64,000 bases of DNA, from NCBI RefSeq assembly GCF_009914755.1, contig NC_060934.1. One strand, 5' to 3'. Below are positions 28,811 to 40,174 of the stretch, piece after piece (positions within the stretch are counted from its first letter, which is position 1; the number at the start of each line of letters is the position of its first letter). Made by a program: the position numbers and the translations under genes. This stretch comes from the human T2T-CHM13v2.0 reference genome, Homo sapiens. Under the pieces are notes generated by a model. It ran no database searches. It was given only the letters and a program-made list of their open reading frames with translations, and had not been told where the DNA came from.

Positions 28811-30870
28811 GAAAGTTATGAATTTTTAAGGGGTTTTCTTATTGGAAGCTTGCATACACTTTTAGTTTTTTTGTGAGTATTCCATGATCATTTGCAATGC
28901 ACTTTCAGGGCAGAAATACTAGCAAATACCAATTCCTGAGTCGTTCAGATTTTTGATGCATACCTTGCAGGAGATAGTCAATACGTGTTATGGAACTGAA
29001 TTGGAACACTTGCTAGATAACCGGCATCAAAATTGTAGATCCAGAAGAAAAGCTACCAGGAATGCAATCTGACTGACTCTGAACTTATTAAACAATTCTG
29101 CTTCCCCACAAAAGGAGAGAAAATAGGAGGATGTGGCATTACCTTAGGATGCTGGTGAGCATCTCTGATGAGCCACACAATTCAGGGAGTTAAATAAAGA
29201 AGAGATGGACCACGCAGAAAACACTGCTTTCTATTTTCAGGGCCACAGCTGGCACATACGGAGCCATTGTTCAGATTAGAAAGGTGTCTTTCCTCAAGAC
29301 ACTGTACTTTAGGCTGCAGGGAAACTGTCACAATAAATATACAAATCGACAGTGTCCACAACGGCAACAGTGCCCACAATGGTGTGCAATGCACATTCTA
29401 CTGTAGTGGCCCTGTTTATGCTCCAGAAACATATCTCTTTTGACAGGAGGCTGTTTTTGTCACCCCTAGTGGTGGTGTTAAAATGCAGGTTTTGTAAGAA
29501 TTCAGTAACGGGGAGTTGGAGTGGAATCCTTGCAAGTGAATCCACAACTGGTTCCTGCCCATTATGTGACAGGCTGAAGAAAGATCAAAAAAAGCCACAC
29601 CCTTCTTAACAAGTTTCTCCACATTTCCATTTGCTCCTTATGTAGTAAACATATGAATTCACAGTTTTGAGGAGATGAGATCCCTTTTTTGAGCTTATGG
29701 AAGGCCGGTGATGAAGCGGTGGTGAAGCGTAGACTCACTGTGGCCCCAACGGCAGGGATCCGAATTCATAAGGTGTGGGATGGGGCCGAGGTAGCTTTCA
29801 GAAGCAACTTTAAGCAGCACAGTTCTGGCTGAAAACGTTTGGAGGTAAACTATATCTGAGTCCATTTCACTGGCATTATATTCATGAAGTCAAATGTGTT
29901 AAGGTAAACAAGTTGCTGAGGACTTAAGGTCCACCAATGAGCATGAGCCTTAAGCAGTTCTGGAGGCAAAAGGCTTTCACCCAATGTTTTATTGAATTTA
30001 AGCTTCATTAAACATGTTCTGTAGTTAACCTTTTCCATTCTCTCGGCATTTGATATACTTCTCTTCATTCAAGGCCTAGTTCAGATGTCATCTATTCTGT
30101 GAGGTCTTCTCCTAGTGAGATTTACATCCTCTGTGCTTCCTCCTCCCCCTGCCAGGTAATAGACATTTGTCATTTATTTTATTCTGTCCTGGAGCATGGC
30201 TCTGTTAGGGGTCATCGCTGACATGTCTTACTAGACTGTACATTTCTGAACATCAGGGCCTTAGTCAGTCATTGGCTTGGGGTAATAAATATGTTGTTAG
30301 CAGAAATTTCATGCCTGCTGATGATTTCTAGGTTTATAATATCAACGAAAATACTGCAAAGATTCTGGTGTTCTCATGACTTAATCCAGTATCTGAAAAG
30401 CAGCAAAGATCATGTCTTCTGTTAACACACTGTTTGGGGAAATGTCAACTGAACAAGTGTTTCAAGTATGCAATCAAGGGGACTTTAGCCAATGCCAAGA
30501 AGAGATTCTACATTTTCTTCAAGACTGTCATGACAAGGTTGTAAGGAAAATGAAATGGTATTTGTTTAGTGATCCGTAAGTGAGATCTGTGCTAGAGTCT
30601 GGAAATGCCTTCTTCCACCTTGGTGAAGTGGGCAGCTATTCTGTCTAGTCCTGGTGAGGCACTGTAGCCATGTCTGAAACCAGGACCCTTGTGTCACATA
30701 ACACAAAAAAAGTTTTAAACCCCCAAGGTTCAAAGAATGAGGGCAGCTCAGACAAGGCTACCTTCCTTCTCACTGATTCCAGGACAGAGGTGGAGCCACC
30801 TTCAGAAAACCAGGTGCTTGACAGAAACAGCTGAAGGAGCCCAAGCTTCACAGGGGCTGTTGTGTGTACA

Positions 30871-33800
30871 GTTGATACCCACCATCCCCATCATCGCTAT
30901 TAGAATTGGGGTCAATACCCATCATCACTGTTAGACTTGAGGCCGATACCCGTCATCACTGTTAGACTCGGGGTCGATATCATCATCACTGTTAGACTCG
31001 GGGTCAATACCCTTCATCACTGTTAGACTCGGGGTCGATACCCGTCACCACTGTTAGACTCGGGGTCGATACCCGTCATCACTGTTAGACTCGGGGTCGA
31101 TACCCGTCATCACTGTTAGACTCGGGGTCGATACCCGTCATCACTGTTAGACTTGGGGTTGATACCCATCATCGCTCTTAGACTCGGGGTTGATACTCGT
31201 CATCGCTGTTACACTCGGGGCCGATACCTGTCATCACTCTTAGACTCAGGGCTGATATCCATCATCGCTATTAGAGTAGGGGCTGATATCCATCATCGTT
31301 GTTAGATTTGGGGTCAATACCCATCATCACTATTAGACTTGGGGTTGATACCCGTCATCTCTCTTAGACTCAGGGCCAACATCATCATCGCTGTTAGACT
31401 CAGGGCCAATACTCGTCATCACTGTTAGACTCAGGGCCGATATCTGTCATCACTGTTAAACTCGGGGCTGATATCTGTCATCGCTGTTAGATTTGGGGTC
31501 AATACCCGTCATTGCTGTTAGACTCGGGGCTGATATCGTCATCACTGTTAGACTTGGGGCTGGTACCCGTCATCGCTGTTGGACTTGGGGCCGATATCCG
31601 TCATCACTGTTAGATTTGGGGTTGATACCCGTCATCACTGTTAAGACTTGGGATTGATACCCGTCATCGCTCTTAGACTCGGGGTCGATACCCATCATCA
31701 CTGTTAGACTCAGGGTCGATACCCATCATCGCTCTTAGACTCAGGGTTGATACTCATCGCTGTTACACTCAGGGCCAATATCTGTCATCACTGTTAGACT
31801 CAGGGTCAATATCCGTCATTGCTCTTAGACTCGGGGTTGATACTCGTCATCGCTGTTAGACTCGGGGTTGATACCCGTCATCACTGTTAGACTCGGGGTC
31901 GATACCCATCATCACTCTTAGACTCGGGGTTGATACTCATCATCACTGTTACACTCAGGGCCAATATCTGTCATCACTGTTAGACTCAGGGTCGATACCC
32001 GTCATTGCTCTTAGACTCGGGGTTGATACTCGTCATCGCTGTTACACTCAGGGCCGATATCTGTCATCACTGTTAGACTCAGGCTGATATCCATCATCGC
32101 TATTAAGAGTAGGGACTGATATCCATCATTGTTGTTAGATTTGGGGTCAATACCCATCATCACTATTAGACTTGGGGTTGATACCTGTCATCTCTCTTAG
32201 ACTCAGGACCAATATCATCATCGCTGTTAGACTCGGGGCCAATACTCGTCATCACTGTTAGACTCAGGGCCGATATCTGTCATCGCTGTTAGACTCAGGG
32301 CCGATATCGTCATCGCTGTGAGACTTGGGGCTGGTATCCGTCATCGCTGTTAGACTCGGGGCTGGTATCCATCATCGCTGTTAGACTCAGGGCCGATATC
32401 GTCATCGCTGTGAGACTTGGGGCTGGTATCCATCATCGCTGTTGGACTCGGGGCCGACATCCGTCATCACTGTCAGATTTGGGGTCGATACCCATCATCA
32501 CTGTTAGACTCGGGGTTGATATCTGTCATCGCTGTTAGACTTGGGGTTGATACTCATCATTGCTGTTACACTCAGGGCCAATACCTGTCATCACTGTTAG
32601 ACTCAGGGCCAATATTGTCATCGCTGTTAGACTCGGGGCCAATACCTGTCATCGCTGTTAGACTCAGGGCCGATTCGTCATCGCTGTGAGACTTGGGGCT
32701 GGTATCCATCATCGCTGTTGGACTCGGGGCCGACATCTGTCATCACTGTTAGATTTGGGGTCGATACCCATCATCACTATTAGACTCGGGGTTGATACCC
32801 ATCATCGCTCTTAGACTTGGGGGTGATACTCATCATTGTTGTTACACTCAGGGCTGATATCCATCATCACTGTTAGACTCGGGGTTGATACCCATCATCG
32901 CTGTTAGACTTGGGGTTGATACTCGTCATTGCTGTTACACTCAGGGCCGATACCTGTCATCACTGTTAGACTCAGGGCCAATATTGTCATCGCTGTTAGA
33001 CTCGGGGCCAATACTTGTCATCACAGTTAGACTCAGGGCTGATATCTGTCATTGCTGTTAAACTCGGGGCTGATATCCATTATCGCTCTTAGATTTGGGG
33101 TCGATACCCATCATCACTGTTAGACACAGGGCCGATACCTGTCATTGCTGTTAGACTCAGGGCCGATATCCATCATCGCTGTTAGACTTGTGGCCAACAT
33201 CTGTCATCGCTGTTAGATTTCGGGTCAATATCCATCATCGCTGTTAGACTCGGGGCCGACATCCGTCATCGCTGTTAGACTCGGGGTCGACACCCATCAT
33301 CGCCGTTGGACTCGGGGCTGATACCCGTCATCGCTGTTAGATGCGGGGTCGATATCCATCATCGCTGTTAAATTTGGGGTCGATATCCGTCATGACTGTT
33401 AGATTTGGGGTCGATATTCCTCATGACTGTTAGACTCGGGGCTGATATCTGTCATGACTGTTAGACTTGGGGCCGATATCTGTCATCACTGTTAGACTCG
33501 GGTCAATACCCGTCATCACTGTTACACTCGGGGCCGATACCCGTCACCGCTGTTGGACTCGGGTCGATACCCGTCACCGCTGTTGGACTCGGGTCGATAC
33601 CCGTCACCGCTGTTGGACTCGGGTCGATACCCGTCACCGCTGTTGGACTCGGGTCGATACCCGTCATCACTGTTGGACTCGGGTCGATACCCGTCATCGC
33701 TGTTGGACTCCGGTCGATATCCGTCATCAGTGTTGGGCTCAGGTCGATACCCGTCATCAGTGTTGGACTCGGGTCGATACCCATCATCGCTGTTAGACTT

Positions 33801-33923
33801 GGGTTGATACCCATCATCAGTGTTGGACTCGGGTTGATACCCATCATCGCTTTTGGACTCTGGTCGATACTCATCATTGCTGTTAAACTCAGGTTGATAC
33901 CTGTTATTGCTGTTGGACTCAGG
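30871..33923. repeat. Minisatellite/VNTR, ~100 copies of 31-bp GATACCCGTCATCRCTGTTAGACTCGGGGTC, switching to a 30-bp unit from ~33536
   Basis: Directly visible tandem array without unique spacers. Confidence 0.97.
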
Positions 33924-33939
33924 AGCTCTGACTGTAGGG

Positions 33940-34110
33940 CTGCTGCTCCAAGGGGCATCTGAAAGCAATCAGAATCTCCTGTGGTTGTGTGTTCAAAATG
34001 CAGATTTCCTAAACCTACTGAATCTATCTCTTAGCATGGGACCCAGAAGTCTGAATTTCGAACCAACACCCAGGAAATTCTGATGCACACTAAAATATGA
34101 GAACCATCGT
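33940..34110. mobile_element. MER5-family hAT-Charlie relic
   Basis: atcagaatc...aaaatgcagatt...tctgatgcacactaaaatatgagaaccat. Confidence 0.65.
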
Positions 34111-36942
34111 GGAAGGGGCTGGAAGTAGAGAGCTACACACAGAGAACAGCCGAGATTCAACATGACCTCTTTGTCACTGGGCCTTCATAAAACAAGGGAT
34201 AATACAAACTACAACAACAACAACTAGGTGAGAGTTACAAATACAGCCAAGAGGCAAGCTATATTTCTGATGTAATTATACTGATGTTATGTATTATGTA
34301 ATTATATCCTGTTTTAAGCAGATCTGATATGTAAAAATATGAACAGGTAAATTAACAGGTGATTAGTCACCTTCCCAAAGGATTCTTTCAGCATTCATCA
34401 CTTTGGTTCTGACTGCCAAACATTTAAACTAGAATTTGATTTACATACAACTTTGGAACACAAGCTATATCAAGTGTTTACTCCCAAACTCTTTCCTTGT
34501 GGTTCTATGTACTGAAGAGTCTCAGAAGTTATCTCTTTCTTGATGGAAGGGATCAAACTTCTTTTTTCCTCCCAAGCACAGTGGAGCTGATTCTCACTAT
34601 CTTCAAGAAAAGACCTGCCCTGACACTAGTAAAAAAATTGATGTATAGCTATATTTTAAACAGAAAATCACTTTGAATATGCTTTGCATAAACAACTGAC
34701 TGGTCATCTGAAATCATCTGTATTTCCTAGTGGAATTTATAAAGAATCCAAAATGCTAGAGTTTAAGATAGAAATTAAAAACTGAAACATCTTTCTTTCT
34801 TTTCAAATACTCCTTTTAGAAAGACTGAAGTGTTTAGTGTGCTGCAAAATGGCTTTGGAGTCAGACAGGCCTTGGGTGAAGTCCTGATTCCACCATTTAC
34901 TGGTGTTTAAATTAAATAGGGTTACTTAATTTCTCATAGCCTCAGTGTCCTCTCCTATAAATGGAAATAAAATAATCAACATTGGAGGGGTACTCAAAAC
35001 CAAGCTAATGTTTCAACCTTCTTCTTATAAAAAGTTCTGAGAACGCAGATAAGTTACTATCAATAAATAAATCGATGCAAATTCCACCCCAACCGTATTA
35101 ATTTAAATCTACGTGAGATCAAATAGAAAAGAGCTATTCACTTTTTTTTTATTAAATCCTAATGGAAATAGAGATACTATAAGATGACAAATATGGACCC
35201 TACAGGTATCTAGAGTCACAAGAATAAAACAAGAGGTTTTGGTGGTCATTTCTGCAGAGCCTGTGAAAGTGTGACAGCAAAAGCGGCCAGGCACCCATTC
35301 TAATCTTGTAAGAAGTGCAGTTATTTTTTTGGAGGGCTACCAAACAAGGAGTGTTCCCTCCCAGAGAAGTTCTGATACCTGTGGCTGTCCAGACAGACCA
35401 TCAAGGCTGGCCTCTCAGGAGAGCGGCAGTTTGTGCTGTGTGGCATGAACTAAGAACCCCCAACAAGGTCTTCACTTGACGTGCCTATGTAATTTCCACT
35501 GAATGCAAGAAGATTCAAGACTCCAGGACAGTTTGATAGTAATAAAACTTTCTCAACTCATCACTATGAAGTCGAATTAAAAATCCTACAACGGGGGCTC
35601 TAAAAATCGCTTTATTGCAACTGTATTTTCTGAAGAGCATTCAGGGATTCAAAGATTCTATCATATTTAGACAACTCTAACCACGTTAATCTGCATGGTC
35701 TACCGAGTATATCACAGCAAGAACTAGATGTGGACCAATTCTAGCCTCAGCAGGTAAGGAAAACATACCTGGGTACTAACCTCCACTCTGGTTATAACAT
35801 CAATTCTGAATCAAATCCAAGACACTAAGCTTTATCCCCAGCACTAAAGCCTAAGACTCTACTTGGTAAGATCATAAGTTGTTTCTTCTTAAATTCAAAA
35901 TGCTTAGGTGAATGTTTCTAATTAAAAACTCTTTCATCAGCAATACCTTGAGTCATACTTATCAATATATTTTAAATAAATTATCATTAAGTGTTAGTCA
36001 CCATAAGACAGATAAGATTATGTAAAAAATACAATCTCTACAAAAGAGGCTTATATTTTATTTTTAAGATACTGTCATGGGGAATATTAATTACCACTAC
36101 AAAAAGCTTTGTTAATAATCCCCCAAACTTTTTTTCAGTCCATTTCTGTTCCTACTTATAAGCATTTTATAGATTTTCATTCATTTTTTTCCCATTGTTG
36201 TTTTAACCACTCTAATAATCACTTTTGTTTGAAACAAAATTGAACTCCTACTGTTATTTTCATTTCTGAGATTTTGTAAAATTAGCCAGTCTTCATATGT
36301 TCCTAGATAATAGGACTTTTCAAATTAATACACTATTGGGACATTATCCCACAAGAGATCAAGTAAGAAAGACTGTATATTTAATATTTACAAAATCGTT
36401 TCCAAGGGGTGGTAGACAGTAATAATAGCAAGGATAGCCTTGGCACTATTATGTATAAAGAAACCATTTTATCACTTTCTCATAGTACTCAGATTCAAAA
36501 GACTCAGGTTAGGGAAATTTCTTTTTTTAAAAAATCTCTACGAATAACAACAACAACAAAAAAGACCTTAAATTAATAGCTACTTCTGAAAATCGCTTCG
36601 TATTGTAACGTGTGGGTTAACCCACTTTTAACGAAGGAAAATACAGTAAAGAAAAATGTATTAGGAAGTTAAGAGAGCTATATTCAAATTTATATTCAAT
36701 TTTGGTTTCTATGTTTTAGCTTTCATTGGCATTTTATTAACTGTTAAAAATTTACAACAATGTTTTAATGTCAGTCATTCCAGATTAGTTATTCAAGAAG
36801 ATGTGAGGATGGATGTTTAGTATTAGACCCATTATGTCAATAAATTAACGTCAAAGTCAAGATGAAAAATAAAAACCTATGCCTCTTCACTCATCCCATG
36901 TGCATTTATGGAAATACTGGTCTGTGTGAAGCTTTCAACATG

Positions 36943-37460
36943 TGTGCAGGGTAGGGAAGACTTTCCTTCTACCCTCTGAGGGTTCAGTCAAGTCTATGAA
37001 ATAAACTGACGGCAGATAAGTTAACAGGAGAGAAGTACACATTTTTAAGGTACACAGGGGCACCGCAGGAAAGAAAAGTGAGATCTAAAAGCATATATAC
37101 CCTCTTTATAGGGGAGAGGGGAGGGAGGATGGAGCAGACAAATTAGGGGAGAGAAAATGGTTTTGGGGAATGATGAATGGGCCCTCAGAAGAACAGGTGA
37201 CAGCCTGTGACAAAATCTCTCTGGGTGTGGTGTCACCTCCAGTGTCCTCTCCTGTGATCAGAGTTAATTCCCCCTGGTTCATGACACTTCCAGGGAGGGA
37301 GTTCACAACTGAGTTCCCTTTGGAGGATCAGTCTTTGGGCAGATAAGGGAGTTCAGAGAGAACCCCTCCCTGCATCTGCTGTTCCCCAAGTGCCCACAAT
37401 TTGAAATAACCTGCATACCAAAGCAGCATTTCTTAAGGTAGCATCTCCTGAGCTCTTTCA
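36943..37460 (-). mobile_element. ERV1-type solo LTR (MER39/MER34-like)
   Basis: ~520 bp with TG...CA termini; minus-strand start TGAAAGAGCTCAGGAGATGCTACC resembles this group. Subfamily uncertain. Confidence 0.6.
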
Positions 37461-37998
37461 AGAGCAACAGGTAATAAAAACATATTTAAGACAAAGTGTG
37501 TCCTTAAGAAACTTACAAGAAATTATCAGAATAAGTCAGGTAGAAATGTTGACTAGCCAGAATGAATGGAATTTTCTTATAAAAGAGTCAAATCTGATAC
37601 CACATTCACATTTGAATAAAAATGGTAAGAATGTATACCATAATCTTGGAAGAGTGAGATTAGGGTGGCCTTTTTGTTTTCAATACATTTTAAATCATTT
37701 GCATTTTAAAATAAATATTATTTTTGTAATCAGGAAAAAAATCAAAATCAAAATATATGTCTATGAATAAACACTGCAAATAAAAACACTGCAAATAGAT
37801 AAATATAAACTATTTGTTGATTTATGTTGTTGGTGGCTTATGGGATTTCCATCTGTTTTAAAGTTACTGGGTCGTTATTACAGAATTTTAATAGATTTAA
37901 TTCAATAATAAAAGTGTATGGGAATTTTAAGTTCTTCAATTGGAATAATCTACTTTATTATATATTGGGAGCAAAGACCTCATTTGCCATTTTTATAG

Positions 37999-38378
<380 letters not shown>

Positions 38379-39948
38379 TAGTGTAGATGGAAAATGGCAG
38401 AAGAAACCCACATCGATCCACTTGTCACAATCTATTTCTTTACTATCTATTATTAGGATGACTCTTCTACTGTCATTAAAATGGACTATGGTCATTTATG
38501 GTTCCCTAATTTCCAAATGCTTTCATAATATTAATATGCTGCCCTGGGGAAAAAAAAAGAAAATTAAAACAATTCCTCGCTGCATTTCAGAAAAGCACCA
38601 GTAGCCTTGACCTTCTTGTTTTGAGAAGGGACCCTTCTTCACTTCAGGAAGTCCTACTTACATCATTGACCATTTTTCAAATTCTGTCATGTTGTTTGTA
38701 GTGTCACTTCAGGCTGAATCACTCTTTTCAGAAATGGCACAGTTTGTGATATCTCTGTAGCTTTTCATATTTAATACAACTCAACTGTCACTTTAAGTGA
38801 AAAAATTCTGATTGAGCATGAGAAATTCTCTGTTAATGAAGGCTTATGTCCTTCGTCCTTCTGGCCATGAACAAAGGGTGCTTGGTACTTGCTAGTTCCA
38901 TTTAAATACCGTATTATTTTATAAAGTTAATTGTGGACTTTCAAGCATCCTTTAAACACTATTGAATTCATTTACTCATTTTGCCAGATAATGGGGAACA
39001 GAAGGGGGCAGAGAAGGCCCTCTGCGTCAGTCCCACTTCACAACTCAACAATGCAGGAACTGAGCTAGGAAGCACAGCACCCCTATCCGTTATTCCAGTT
39101 TTAAGCAAGGCCTGATTCAGAGTCTCATTTTTCATGGAGTTGTGTTTAGTTTTGAGACTTGGTTTATGTTCTTTTTGGTAAGAACTAAGTACTTCTATTT
39201 CCTAAAGTTACACTCATCAGATTGCTTAATATGGGCATTTTAAAGTTAAGAGAAGTAGGTTTAGGATGTGGCACTGGATATAAATGCAGAGGTGCTCCCA
39301 CGTGCCCCTGCATGGTCATCGTAGTGCAGTGGAATACAGATGCATGCTCAAAGGAGGGAAGGGGGAGAGACCCACGGTGGTCTCTGCATGGAGCTGGCAT
39401 GACTCCACGGCACAAAACAAGAGGGAGAAGAGCGGGCCAGGCATGTGTGGGGACGCACAGGGTTTGATGTCACAGTAAGGTCACTTAGATTTAAAATGTC
39501 TTTAGAAGCAACAACCTGGTAAAGCAACTCTAAACTTCAGAGAGAACCATTTTACTTTATCTTTTTTTTTTTTTTAAGAAGCATCATAGCTTTATTCTCA
39601 TAACTCAAACTTTAAGTTGAAGTCATATTCTGAGGAAGCTCTTAGTTAGAAATTACAAATTACCTGCATTTTAAAAGTCAAGAAAAAACTTCTTTTTGAT
39701 TCTGCAGCAGATCAAACTGGCTCTTAAATTATTATTTCAACAAATTAACATTACCTTGAATAATGAATTCTAGTGGTACTTGGGGTGGTGAATTACAGAG
39801 CTCACACCCGAAAGCCATGTGAATGGCTAAATTGGCAATGGCAAATGAAACTGGCCACTAGTCAGTTTACTACAATTTCAGCTGCATCGTTACGGAATGA
39901 AGGGAAAGCTCAACGAAGAACCCACAAAATGAAATGATGCAGACCAAC

Positions 39949-40174
39949 CTTTTATTGCACCCACAATATTTTGGTCTAGTCCTTTCCGGTTGTCATTGAG
40001 TCCTCTTTTCCTCTTCCCATTGGGTAAGGAGTTAGCCAAAGTCTTGTCATCAAAAAACGCACACACCAGTTTTCTAAACAGAAGGCTTCCTGAGCGAGTG
40101 TAGTTTGACAATATAGAGTCCAGCTGAGATTTAGGCATAAACACGTCAAAGCCTTCAGCAAGTTGTACTTCTGG
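39949..40174 (-). CDS. BEND7: BEND7 coding exon, 226 nt (PEVQLAEGFDVFMPK...LDQNIVGAIK); N-terminal part of the BEN domain
   Basis: Acceptor ttcttttggtag|CCA, donor AAAG|gttggt; BEN-like signature LLFRKLVCAFF...LDQNIVGAIK. Confidence 0.95.

Noticed and set aside
33467-33807. Plus-strand repeat ORFs (TRVDTRHRCW)n and (DSGRYPSPLL)n as genes
   Set aside because: Non-ATG starts, antisense to BEND7, and an automatic result of a stop-free 30-bp unit.
30871-33923. CRISPR-like array
   Set aside because: Units are directly tandem with no unique spacers, there are no cas genes, and the context is a mammalian intron.
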